This document shows, piece after piece, positions 28,131-38,228 of a stretch of DNA of 64,000 bases. A model generated the notes under the pieces. It worked only from the letters and a program-made list of their open reading frames with translations, was not told the origin of the DNA and made no database searches. Position numbers and translations under genes: made by a program. Numbering within the stretch: the first letter of the stretch is position 1; every line of letters starts with the position of its first letter. The stretch comes from an uncultured Chloroflexia bacterium (GTDB taxonomy: Bacteria; Chloroflexota; Chloroflexia; QHBQ01; JADMIH01). The stretch is from NCBI GenBank assembly GCA_963797095.1, contig CAWCNY010000002.1, positions 32,001-96,000 on the forward strand. Reading direction: 5' to 3'.

Positions 28131-28178
28131 TCTTAGCAATCTCTCTCCTAACCCCTGATAACCTATATTTTCTGAATC

Positions 28179-31100
28179 TTAGATGGCACCCACGGCCAGC
28201 AGAGTCACGATGGTCGCGGCAAAGAGGAAAACCGCCAGCCACAGCGGGGCATTCCTCCTGTATAAGGTCCATCCATCCGCCGGTGGCTCGGAAACCGATG
28301 TGAACGCCAGCACCAGCATAGTAGCGAACAGGCCGAGTCGCATGCTGGGCCAACCCATAAGCCAATAGATAACCCCAAAGACCACGGCCAGCGCCAGGTT
28401 AGCCAGCGTGCCCGCAAACATGATGCGCGCCGCCGGGCTGAGGTTGAACCAACCGCTCCCACGCACAGAAACCACGCTTGAGGAGCCAACAGGAACCGCT
28501 TCGAGCGCCGGTGCATCGCCCGTATCGGCTGCCGCTTCGGTCTGCACCTCATATAGAAGGTCGCTCTCTTCGGCGGTGCGTGCTTTCCTGATATTGCCGC
28601 CGCCCTCAGTTGCTTGCATGCCGCCGTCTGCTGTGGTCAGGCGCGTGACGTTCTGCCAGCCGTACATGAAGCCGAATGGTATGCTCACGATACCGAGCAA
28701 TATACCCATAGGCCAGATATGGTGGAGGGTGGATGCACCTGCCTTCCCTGCCACCCAGCGCTGGGCAGCCTCATTCACGCCGAAGGCCAGCAGAGCCATC
28801 ACGAAGGCTACTGGAAGGAACACCAGTGCTACCTCCCACGAACCATGCCCGGCGGCCCAGGCCAACCCTAACATCCCTATCACAGCGGGTATCAGGATCG
28901 AAGTCAGCAAGGCGTTTCTTGTCGCACTGCCCGGCGACACAAGGCGTGGGAAGACAGTCTTGAGCCTGACATCCAGGAGCACGGCCAGGCGGCCTATTAC
29001 CCCCCTTGTCGGGATCAACCCCATGCGATTGGTCATACGGTCGTTGCCGACCAGGGTGTGGAGGAGAAGTAACAACAGGATCGGAAGCGCTCCTGCCTTC
29101 ACCCAGAAATCGAGCGCAGGCGCGTCGGAGGCGGGCAGAATGTCGCGCTCGTCGTAACGCAGGTTGTAGCCCCAGCGCAGGCTGTCCGGGCCGATAGCCT
29201 TGATAGCAGAGGCCTGGGCATCTTCGGCCGTAAAAAAGTTGCCGATACCTGCTTTGTAAGCAGCCGCGGCCAGGTTGTGATCTCCCAGCACGTAAGCCGG
29301 GCTGGCTTTGCCCGCAAGCTCAAGATAAGCCTGGGCTGCCGGATTACCCATCTGCGAATAGAGCACACCCAGGTTGTTCCAGGCCGGGGCCAGCGCCGGG
29401 GAGAGAAGATAAGCTTGCTTGTAGCGGAAAACAGCTTGCGAAAGGTCGCCGCCGGGGGCGCGCCGTAATGCATCGCCTGTTCGGAGAGCTATAATAGCCG
29501 GAACCGGCGTGCCATTGCCCATCCAAAGTGGGCGTCCCACACCGCTGAAGTTCTCGGCATCTTGCAGGTTGAGGATTATGCCTGCCACGCGGTATGCATT
29601 GGCGGCTTCCTTCTCCTGGCCGCCCGCTTCAAGGAGGAGAGCGCCCTGGTATAGCAGTTCTCCGGCGTCCACGTCGTTCGACACGGTGGGCGAGATGGTT
29701 ACCGGGTCATATCCTCCCGCCTTCAAGACATTGATGCCGTCAGTGGTGGTCTTACCGGATGCGAGCGCCGATGCGCGTGCCTGGCCCGCCAGGGCGGCCG
29801 CACGACCGGGTTGCCCGGCACCCAGGCCGTCCAGCAGAGCCCATGCCTTGCCGTAAGTATCGGCGGCTTTCGAATAAAGGGCAGCGGAAGCGTCGCCCGT
29901 AACGGCCTGGGCAGCCGCCTCGTATGCGTAACCGCCATACAGGTAGAGCAGTCCGCCCACTGCGGCGGGTTGGCTGTCAGCACCGGCAGTGATATTGGTC
30001 ACGAGGCTATCGATCAGGTCGGACTTATTCTGCTTGCTCCATGCCATAGCGCGCACAAGATGGGCGTCCATGGTTTCCTGGGCAGCATCGCGGGCCGCTA
30101 GAGAGGCAGTGGTGGTGAGAACGGTGTTTGCCACGCTCACCATATCACCAGCAGAGAGGTCTTTTGCCAGGATACGAAGGGCGGTCTCGGATTGGGCCAG
30201 CGCGCCATCTGTATCGCCACGGGCGAGGAGAGATTGCGAGTAGGAAATGAGAAGAGGCGCGTCGTCCTGGCCGTTGATCGAGAGGGCCGTCTGGTACTCA
30301 CTCTGAGCTTCCGATTCGCGGCCCAGGAAACTCAATAGGCGCCCGCGGTCGTGGTGGATGCGCCCTTGAAAATCTTTGGCAAGCCCGCCGGAGGAAGCCA
30401 GGGCAGCCATATCGCTCAGCATGCGCTCGTAGGCGTGCTGCTCAAGGCCCAGGCGGAGCCATTTGCGATAAAGGTTGTAGGTGGCCTTGCCGGAGAAGAG
30501 AGCGTCGTAGTAGGTCTTGTAGGCGGTGGCCGGGTCGCGCCGTGCCCACTGTGCGTCGCCTAGAGCTTCCTGTGCCAGGTCTCGCGCTTCGTAAAAGGAG
30601 TTCGCCACGTTCTCAGCCGCATCGGGTGCCAGCTGCGCCGTAACGACCTGGTTGAGAAGCGTTATCGCCTCATCAGGCTCGCCCATCCTGAGGGCAGAGA
30701 GCCCCATCCAGAACCGGATAAGCGCGAAATCCTTGGTTTCATCCTTGTCAACCACGGTGCGCATAGCTTCGTAAGCCGACAGGTAGTTGCCCGTAAGGAA
30801 GTTGGCGAGACCCCAGTTATAGGTGTACTGCCATACATCCGGGTTGTCGTTCGCGGCCTGCTGGAAGCCTAAGACCGCCTCACGCTCGCGATTGTATCGG
30901 ATCTCAAGCGTGCTTGATGTGAGCGATACAAGCATGCTCAGCATAGCAAGGCCATTTTGGGCCTTATCGGTGTCATCCATATCCTGATACGTTATCGCCA
31001 GCGAATTTAGCTTGGTACGGTCGGGGTTGGCCTCAAGACCCGAGTTTTTCACTCGGATTTCCAGGCTACCCGTGCTTGAGGCAAATACCTGGCCGACGAT

Positions 31101-31538
31101 AGCACGGCGTGCTTCCTGGCTGGAAGGCTCGAAGTTGAGCACATCGCTCACATCGGGCCATGCCAATTCGAGGTTCTCCTGGTTGCGCTCAATCACCGTC
31201 TTATAAGGAAAGATCATGCTCTCCAGGTCTTTGCTCGTAACCCCTGTGATAACCGAGTTGGTGCCATCCACTCGCGGGGTGAGCAAAGGGGTCGGGTTGG
31301 AAGCCTGGGTAGATAATGGAGCAAAGAGAGTCAGCAGTATCAGGAGCACAAGACCCCCCGACGCCACCATGCGATGCGACTCGATGAAGGATTTCGCTAG
31401 CCTCGAACCGCGGGCCGTCTGAGAGGTCCTGCTTTGGGCAGTGATATTGGCCCCTTGTTTCTTGCCGTCCGCAGGCTGCTTGCCTGCGGATGTTGTTCGT
31501 CCGGCGGTGGGGCGTCGTTGAGTATTAGGTCTGGACAT
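28179..31538 (-). CDS. Large TPR-repeat membrane protein with a C-terminal degenerate M50-like domain
   Basis: N-terminal TM segment; TPR-like motifs (AWNNLGVLYSQMG, YNWGLANF); multi-TM C-terminus. Confidence 0.8.
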   Translation of the reverse strand: MSRPNTQRRPTAGRTTSAGKQPADGKKQGANITAQSRTSQTARGSRLAKSFIESHRMVASGGLVLLILLTLFAPLSTQASNPTPLLTPRVDGTNSVITGVTSKDLESMIFPYKTVIERNQENLELAWPDVSDVLNFEPSSQEARRAIVGQVFASSTGSLEIRVKNSGLEANPDRTKLNSLAITYQDMDDTDKAQNGLAMLSMLVSLTSSTLEIRYNREREAVLGFQQAANDNPDVWQYTYNWGLANFLTGNYLSAYEAMRTVVDKDETKDFALIRFWMGLSALRMGEPDEAITLLNQVVTAQLAPDAAENVANSFYEARDLAQEALGDAQWARRDPATAYKTYYDALFSGKATYNLYRKWLRLGLEQHAYERMLSDMAALASSGGLAKDFQGRIHHDRGRLLSFLGRESEAQSEYQTALSINGQDDAPLLISYSQSLLARGDTDGALAQSETALRILAKDLSAGDMVSVANTVLTTTASLAARDAAQETMDAHLVRAMAWSKQNKSDLIDSLVTNITAGADSQPAAVGGLLYLYGGYAYEAAAQAVTGDASAALYSKAADTYGKAWALLDGLGAGQPGRAAALAGQARASALASGKTTTDGINVLKAGGYDPVTISPTVSNDVDAGELLYQGALLLEAGGQEKEAANAYRVAGIILNLQDAENFSGVGRPLWMGNGTPVPAIIALRTGDALRRAPGGDLSQAVFRYKQAYLLSPALAPAWNNLGVLYSQMGNPAAQAYLELAGKASPAYVLGDHNLAAAAYKAGIGNFFTAEDAQASAIKAIGPDSLRWGYNLRYDERDILPASDAPALDFWVKAGALPILLLLLLHTLVGNDRMTNRMGLIPTRGVIGRLAVLLDVRLKTVFPRLVSPGSATRNALLTSILIPAVIGMLGLAWAAGHGSWEVALVFLPVAFVMALLAFGVNEAAQRWVAGKAGASTLHHIWPMGILLGIVSIPFGFMYGWQNVTRLTTADGGMQATEGGGNIRKARTAEESDLLYEVQTEAAADTGDAPALEAVPVGSSSVVSVRGSGWFNLSPAARIMFAGTLANLALAVVFGVIYWLMGWPSMRLGLFATMLVLAFTSVSEPPADGWTLYRRNAPLWLAVFLFAATIVTLLAVGAI

Positions 31539-32476
31539 TATGGAGTCTCCACCGGAATGTATTTAGAGCCGTCCCAGCGCCAGGTCTGTACACCTGCCAC
31601 ATTATCAGCAATGACCTCCCACTTGCCGTCCTCGTCAAGGTCGGCCATATTCACATCCAGGTCGGCATCGAAGACCGCGTCCTGCTCAGGGCCGCCACCT
31701 GCGGGAACCATGCGAAGTGGCTCACCTGCGTGGGTATCTTTGTTCCACTTGAATAGTTGGAGATGGGCCGCTCCATCGAGGGTGGTAGTGCGAAGCGCTA
31801 GAACACGGTCAGAGGTGCCAAGAAGCGTGTTGCCGTTCCACCCTCCGGGTTGGTTGGCCGATGGAATCAGGCGCGCTACACCTGAGATTGGCACCGATTG
31901 CCAGGCAAGGTTCCACTCCCGATAAACAGGGTCCCAGGAGCCAACACCCAGGGCGCTGGTGACTTCTTCCGTTAATGGGTGAGTCACTCCCAGGCGCGAC
32001 TCTGTGATGGTGAGCAGGACATTGTCAACCGCCGCGCCATCCAGGGGTAGTTTATCGCTCTTGGCTACAAGGTTGCCCGCTGTGACGAAGCCAAAGATGG
32101 TCAGGTTGGCATATGGGTCGGCAGGCGGCGGGCCTGTAGGCGTGGGACGGGGTGTGGGCGTCCCAGGTGTTTCCGTGGGAACGGTCGTTCCCGTGGTAAC
32201 CTCGGTGGCGCTGACCGGCTCCTCGCCGCTCACGGTGGCAGTCATGATGGGAGTGCCGATAATTGCCGTGGCGGTAGTGGTGGGTTGAGCATCGGTTGAA
32301 GTGGTAGATGTAGGCTCAACCTGGGCCTGCATCGAAGCCGGGGCAGATTGCGGCGAACAGGCCGCAATCACAAGAGGCAAGGCAAACAGTAAAGCGCACA
32401 GCGTCATCAGGAGCCATAGAGGGCGGGTTCCGTGCGCCTTTTTAGTATGTGACATATTAGAGTCGCTCTGCTCCAA
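31538..32476 (-). CDS. Lipoprotein with Thr/Pro-rich linker and a DxDxDG motif
   Basis: Lipobox IAAC; T/P-rich tract; DLDEDGKWEVI. Confidence 0.75.
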   Translation of the reverse strand: MEQSDSNMSHTKKAHGTRPLWLLMTLCALLFALPLVIAACSPQSAPASMQAQVEPTSTTSTDAQPTTTATAIIGTPIMTATVSGEEPVSATEVTTGTTVPTETPGTPTPRPTPTGPPPADPYANLTIFGFVTAGNLVAKSDKLPLDGAAVDNVLLTITESRLGVTHPLTEEVTSALGVGSWDPVYREWNLAWQSVPISGVARLIPSANQPGGWNGNTLLGTSDRVLALRTTTLDGAAHLQLFKWNKDTHAGEPLRMVPAGGGPEQDAVFDADLDVNMADLDEDGKWEVIADNVAGVQTWRWDGSKYIPVETP

Positions 32477-32604
32477 TCAGGTGATATTCCAGGCAGTTCG
32501 GTAGCGAGTACAATCGGACCATTGTACCATGCCTGCGTCGGGGCGTGCAAGGCAACGCCGACTGCGCAATCAATGCGGTCGCTATTCAAGTATCTTATCT
32601 AGTG

Positions 32605-34203
32605 TTAAGTACCCACCGTCAGCGGTTGCGGTTCAATCAGTAGGCGGCGGGCGGCCAGTGTCATGCCTGCGGTCAGCCAGAGTAGAGCGGCCATGTGGGG
32701 GAATTCTATATTGAAGTAGTAGTGGTCTACCAGGCCAACGACCAGTGCCCCCAGGATCGCAGCAGTGCCGCCCAGCAGGGCCATATCGAGAATGGACCAA
32801 TCCGTTAGTCGATGTGTCGTCTGTGGGGTATCTACTCTGCCAGGGCTGCCGTCTTCCGGTGCGTCCTGTGGTCCGGTAGCGATGCGACGCCCTTTTGCAG
32901 CAGAGTGGCTTATTGCGGGAATGGTAGCCAGGAAGAAAGCAATAATGACCGCGATGAACAGGGCCAGGGCGAGGAGACCTGCGCGCTCGGCTATAGTGAG
33001 GTAAATGCTTGAAACGCCCGTGGTCAGATCAAGCTCGCCCGCAGTGCCGAAACCCACCCCGAAGGCAGGGTAGCGCCCGATGATATCGAGCGCGTTGCGG
33101 TATTCGGCCAGGCGCATAAGGCTTGCCTGGTCTTCGAATTGTAAGCCCAGCAACAGGCGGGCGAAATAGCCGCTGCCCAGGCCAAAGATGAGGAGGGCCG
33201 CGCCAAAGGCAATACCCCAGCCCCACAACCGTCGATAGCGCAGAGTAGCGACCAGCATTCCGGCTGCCACCACGCCTATGAGAGCCGAGCGGGAATTGGT
33301 AAGGACCAGCGCGATTATGTCAACCAACAGGAGTCCGCCCAGCAGCCACCTGGGTAGAGGGGGCTTGCGTGAGAGGAGAGCCACGCCCGTCAAGACGGTG
33401 ATCACCACCAACAGACCCCCAAATGAGTTGGGGTCAACCTGGGTTCCAACGGCCCGCTCGCCAAGGGCGGGGTTGTCTTCTATGTAACGCACCACTCGGT
33501 CGGTGGGGTAGCCGATCACGCTCAAGCGAGATAGCAGGGAGGTAGCGAGGGCATCGGGGAGCCGCCACAGCACAACACCCATCGCGGCCTGCAACCCTCC
33601 TGATAGGATGAGGGCGCGCAAGACCAGGGTGATTGAGCCGGTATCGCGCAATAGATTGGTGGCAGCAAAGAAGATCCCTATGGCAAGCAGCAGCTTGACG
33701 TAGTTATGAACCACATCCGTACCGGCATCGCGCTCCAGGCCCAGCACAAAGGCGAAGGCAGTGGCTCCCAAAAAGAGGATGAGCAATAGATCGAGCGGGG
33801 TGCGCACCATGCCCGTACCCTCTTCTGCCTGTGTGCCGGAAAGGGCGCGCAGGAGCCACGCCATGTAGAGCAGCAGAAGGGCAACTTCCAGGAGAGTGGG
33901 GGTGAATACCGCCAGGCGTACCGGAAGAGCGGCATAGGGCAAGAGTGTTACAGTTCCTGCCACCAGAAGAATATCGGCTTGAGGACGGGTAGCAAGCCAG
34001 GGCAACGCGACAAGAGCCAGCACGACCACAAACGGGATGAGCGGGTTGCCCGCGACAATCGCTAACCCACCCGCAATGCCCAGGCCTATAGCAAGAAGCG
34101 CCAGCGCGAGTTGCCGGAAGAGAGTATTGTCCTGCAAACGTGAATTCTGTATCATAGTGAGTAGAGACACTATCAGTTTAGCATAAGACGAAGTACCGGG
34201 CAT
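32605..34203 (-). CDS. O-antigen ligase/Wzy-like family membrane protein
   Basis: Many TM segments; DPNSFG, LTNSRSA, R....R.AL..I..YP.FGVGFG. Confidence 0.8.
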   Translation of the reverse strand: MPGTSSYAKLIVSLLTMIQNSRLQDNTLFRQLALALLAIGLGIAGGLAIVAGNPLIPFVVVLALVALPWLATRPQADILLVAGTVTLLPYAALPVRLAVFTPTLLEVALLLLYMAWLLRALSGTQAEEGTGMVRTPLDLLLILFLGATAFAFVLGLERDAGTDVVHNYVKLLLAIGIFFAATNLLRDTGSITLVLRALILSGGLQAAMGVVLWRLPDALATSLLSRLSVIGYPTDRVVRYIEDNPALGERAVGTQVDPNSFGGLLVVITVLTGVALLSRKPPLPRWLLGGLLLVDIIALVLTNSRSALIGVVAAGMLVATLRYRRLWGWGIAFGAALLIFGLGSGYFARLLLGLQFEDQASLMRLAEYRNALDIIGRYPAFGVGFGTAGELDLTTGVSSIYLTIAERAGLLALALFIAVIIAFFLATIPAISHSAAKGRRIATGPQDAPEDGSPGRVDTPQTTHRLTDWSILDMALLGGTAAILGALVVGLVDHYYFNIEFPHMAALLWLTAGMTLAARRLLIEPQPLTVGT

Positions 34204-34309
34204 CAGATGTCAAGTACCGAGTGTTCTATTCGAACTTCGCCCTTCAAACCTTGTAGCCCGTATTCAGCACCTGGTAACCCGGTCCCCGATATTCACGACT
34301 CAGTGGGAG

Positions 34310-34846
34310 GTGCATCTTATGAACGGCACAGCACCGGCAAGCGCTGCCAACACCACCCCCATTAAGATTGGAGCGGTGGTTCGGGTAGAAAGCAGCCTTG
34401 CGGAGATCCAGATGCTTGATGGGCAGATTGTAGCCGCCGAGGCCCTTGGCCCAGGAGTAGTGCAAGAAGTAGGGCCAGACGGATCAGTCCGTGTCCACTG
34501 GGCAGGAGCCGACCTCAATTCGTGGGCCAGGCAAGAGGATTTACTCCTGCTCGGTGATACTGCCCGGCTATTGACCGTGCGTGTTTTCGACAAGCTCGGC
34601 AGAGGCGAGCGTGTGCGCCATCGCGTGGTCAAGGGAGCGGGGCTTCGCTACAACTGGGTCGTTGAGTGGCGTCCCAAGAACATCATCCGCACCGTGCGCC
34701 CCGACGGTGCTACTTGGACCTTCGATTGGAATCCTTTGTTCCGGGAAGTAAATCCCATACACACCTTGCTGTCAGAAGGCTACCAACTCGACGATGACCA
34801 GGCCGAAGCCATAACGGTTGCGGAGCTTGCCGCCAACGCGAAGTGA
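34310..34846 (+). CDS. Hypothetical protein
   Basis: GGAGG RBS before ATG 34319; 178-aa ORF. Confidence 0.65.
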   Translation: MHLMNGTAPASAANTTPIKIGAVVRVESSLAEIQMLDGQIVAAEALGPGVVQEVGPDGSVRVHWAGADLNSWARQEDLLLLGDTARLLTVRVFDKLGRGERVRHRVVKGAGLRYNWVVEWRPKNIIRTVRPDGATWTFDWNPLFREVNPIHTLLSEGYQLDDDQAEAITVAELAANAK

Positions 34847-34870
34847 TACTGGCCTACTACATACTCCAAA

Positions 34871-34914
34871 ACTCGTCACTCGTCACTCGTCACTCGTCAC
34901 TCGTCACTCGTCAC
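34871..34914. repeat. (ACTCGTC)x6 heptamer repeat
   Basis: Direct reading. Confidence 0.95.
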
Positions 34915-35055
34915 CCGATATTCACCTCTTGTTACCCATTCTGCAACCAGGGGAAGCGATAATGAAGAGGTGAGCAACAGGCATCGAATGGAATGCCCTG
35001 CAGCACATAGCTATATAGTGTCGCTGAGAGCGCAGGGCATAGCCATCGAGTGAAC

Positions 35056-35089
35056 AAGCGCCGTACAAGACATGTCTTGTACGGCGCTT
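35056..35089. terminator. 34-bp perfect palindrome between convergent genes
   Basis: AAGCGCCGTACAAGACATGTCTTGTACGGCGCTT. Confidence 0.6.
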
Positions 35090-35597
35090 CCTGCGACAAC
35101 TGGTATAAGCACAGGTTGGTGCACTTACATGCTAACGCTGTTTAGCCTCCCGCAAGGCAGCGGCAAAGCCGGGCAGCGCGCGCTCGATCATGTCATCGTT
35201 GGCGGTAAGCGAGATGCGGAAGTGTCCCGGCGCTTCCACGATAGTACCCGGCAAGCAGAGTATATTGTGTGAAGCCAGCAGATCGATAAAAGCGTTGTCG
35301 TCTTCCAACGGCGAGCGCACCAGCAGGTAAAAGGTGCCTTCCGGCACGTGCAGGCTGTAGCCCATATCGCGCAAGGCTCCGACCAGCCAGTCGCGCTTGT
35401 GTTGCAAATGCACTATATCTATCGAGAGCTTTTCCAGGTCGGGCAAGGCGTGCTGAAGGAGTGCATTGGGGAAAGCATAGCCTGTTACCATCTGCGCCGA
35501 GAAGATGGCCTGGCCTATCACATCGCGCTGAGACATGGATGGTGACAGGGCGATGTAGCCGATGCGCTGGCCGGGGGTGAGAAGCGTCTTGGCGTAA

Positions 35598-36896
35598 GGG
35601 ACTCTCAAGAAATTAACAAGCCTGGGAGTAGAGTGGAGCAGGAGTGATGTCGAGAAACCATTTGCCCAACGTTTTATGGCGTATGAGTTGCCCTTCTACT
35701 GCCTTCATCGCCTCTTTGCTCAGTTTCACCCCACTGGCATACCTTGTTGTCACCAGTTCCACTGCCGGTCGGCGCCCCTTCCAGGTCATCGTCCCCGCAT
35801 ACGCAATTACTGCCTCTATGGAGTTGAGTAATGCACCGTTCCAATGGTTTTCCAGGATGCCCCAACAGCGCTCAACCGCATTGTACTTGCTGTGGTACGG
35901 TGGGTAGTAAGCCAGCCGCACCTTTATCCCGTAGTCCGATGCGAAATTCAGCAGTCGCTGCACGAATTGGGTGCGCCGACTGTGGTTCTCCGGTCCATTA
36001 TCCAGATTGATCACCAGCGTCCTGATTGTGGCGAAGCGACTGCGCACGCTCTGCCACCACTGCTCCAGACAATCGACCAGGCAGTCACTCGTCACTTTGG
36101 AAGTAATGCCATATAGAAACAATTCGTTCGACTGGGGTAGCATAATCCCCACTGGCGTCACCTTTGCCAGCGCTTCAAAGTCGTGGTCAGCGGCTGCGGT
36201 CGGCACACGAGACTTACCACCACGGGAGAATGGCCCGACTAAAACAGCCGCTTTGGCGTCCATAGAAATGCGCAATTCCCTCTCATTAGCATCGGCTGCG
36301 CGATTGACCGCATTTACTTGCTCGAAGATGGCATCAGTTTGGGGGACTTTTTTTGGGGTTGCGACTTGGCAACCTTCTTGGGGTAGTAGCCCAGGTCATT
36401 CAACTTGCCCCCGATGGTTTCTGGGGTAGGCAACTGCGGGTCGGTGTAGCCCTTTTGCGCGATCAACTGACGGCGCACTTCGGCGGCAGAGAGGCGGGTA
36501 TAGAGGCGGTTAGTACGAAACTGAGGATCAGCCTGGCTCTGGCTATCGACTATAGCTTGCAGATCCGGTAATAGGTTGGGCAGATGAACTTCTGACCGCT
36601 TGCGGCCACGCGCAGCGAAAGCATCGACACATCTGATGCCAGTGTCAAGTTCATGGATACCTTTGCGAATAGTCATGCGGCCCCAGTGCAGTTCACGGGC
36701 TGCGAGAGCTTGACCACCAGGACCGAGTTCTTTGACGGTACGGGCCATAAACAAGCGGCGGTCACTGCCTTTGAGGGACTTAGCGGTCTCGATTAGCATT
36801 GTCTTGAGAGAGTTGGTTAGTTCCATCAACATACCTCCAGAGTGTGATCACTGGAGTATAACACCAGAAGAGGCTAGTTTATTCATCGAGAGTCCC
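35598..36896 (-). mobile_element. ISAzo13-family insertion sequence, 1299 bp
   Basis: 25-bp imperfect IRs starting GGGACTCTC; TAA direct repeats at 35595-35597 and 36897-36899; transposase motifs ISMDAK, DNGPEN, YHSKYN.VER. Confidence 0.93.
35613..36832 (-). CDS. ISAzo13-family transposase split into two ORFs, joined by a probable -1 frameshift
   Basis: ORFs 36314-36832 and 35613-36275; slippery A AAA AAG at about 36347-36354. Confidence 0.85.
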
Positions 36897-37651
36897 TAAG
36901 TGTAAAGAAGGAACGACTCGGGGTAGAAGGCCACGGGGCTTGGGTAGTCGCGACCATCGAACACAATACGACTGTAAGCCTCGTCCGACAGCAGGTAGAT
37001 AGTGCGCCCGTTGCGCTTGCTAGCCTCTGTCAGCAATTCGCCGAGCCGCGCAAGGGTGGAAGCAGGGTATATCTTGCCCGTGGGGTTGTTGGGCGAATTT
37101 ACCAGGATCGCCCTGGTGCGGTCGGTTATAGTGGCGGCTATCGCGTCAAGGTCGAGGTCGAAAGTATCTGGGTCCATCTTTACGCGCACAGGCTTGCCGC
37201 CGTAGGAGACGATCATCGCCTCATAGAAGAACCAGGGCGGGCTGATAAAGATAACCTCATCGCCTGGGTCAACCAGGGCGCTCAAGGTTACGCTAATGGC
37301 CGCGAAAGCCCCGTTGGTGAGGAAGATATCGCTCTCTTCGAAAGGCAGGCCACGCAGGTCGCGCAGAGCGGAGGCCACCACGGAGCGCGAATGCGGCTCG
37401 TTGTTCTTGTAGGCAAACCAATCTTTGTTCTGCGGAACACTCCAGCGCTCCAGCGCCTCGACGAAGCCTGGTAGAGGCATCTCCTGAGGATTGCCGAAGG
37501 CGAAGTCGCTTACTGTTGGGTCGCCGACCTTCTTTGCCCAGGAAGACTGCGTGAAGAAACGCCAGATGTGCGCGACTGTACTATTGACAGCCGTTATGCG
37601 TTGCGATATCGGTGCGGATTCCATTAGAAGCCATTGAGCAAGCTGTTGGGC

Positions 37652-37699
37652 GCTTGCTATTTCAATATTATAACAGCTTGCTATTTCAATATTATAACA
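37652..37699. repeat. 24-bp exact tandem duplication in the aminotransferase promoter
   Basis: GCTTGCTATTTCAATATTATAACA x2; each copy reads TGTTATAAT on the minus strand. Confidence 0.9.
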
Positions 37700-37834
37700 C
37701 CGGTACGCACCTCCGGCACCGGCCCAAGTTTCGACCGGCACAAAGGCAGGGGGGACTATGCACCCACCCCGAATTAGGACCTATTACGCATTTACCGGAC
37801 AGAATCTGTGCTGTATCGTCTTAGTGTTGGCTAG

Positions 37835-37890
37835 CGACGAGTGACGCGTGACGAGTGAATACGCAATACGCAGTACGCAGTACGCAATAC
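37835..37890. repeat. Heptamer tract (GTGACGA-type then ACGCAGT/ACGCAAT-type)
   Basis: Direct reading. Confidence 0.85.
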
Positions 37891-37913
37891 CCACCACCCA
37901 CCAGGAAACAAGC

Positions 37914-38189
37914 ATGACCAGGGAAAAGGGCGCAACTAGCAAGAAGCAGGAAAGCAAGTGGACCGGGCCTGAGCGCAGGTCTGAGCCACGCGTGCCCAAG
38001 CGCGATATAGGCCGCTTCAAGCGCGCAATCGCGTCGGCAGCCCTGGTCGTCACTGTAGGTGGATGGCTGGCATTCGCGGCTGCACAGCCCTTCACCGATA
38101 GCTCCACGCCCGCTAACCCACCTGCTAGCGTTAAATCGACGAGCACTCCAATGCCCATCCCACAAGAACCTGTAAGTTTCGAGCGTTGA
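37914..38189 (+). CDS. Small single-TM hypothetical protein
   Basis: Basic N-terminus, TM segment ASAALVVTVGGWLAFAA, P/T-rich tail. Confidence 0.55.
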   Translation: MTREKGATSKKQESKWTGPERRSEPRVPKRDIGRFKRAIASAALVVTVGGWLAFAAAQPFTDSSTPANPPASVKSTSTPMPIPQEPVSFER

Positions 38190-38228
38190 GCTTGAAGGGA
38201 AAACGACCGGACGGAGCATACAAGGGTC

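Larger units (their letters stand above)
35132..37624 (-). pseudogene. Class I/II PLP aminotransferase interrupted by an IS
   Basis: NSPNNPTG and SDEAY in the 5' part; removing the IS and one TAA restores ...LLYTYAKTLLTPGQRIGY, which contains the PLP lysine. Confidence 0.92.
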
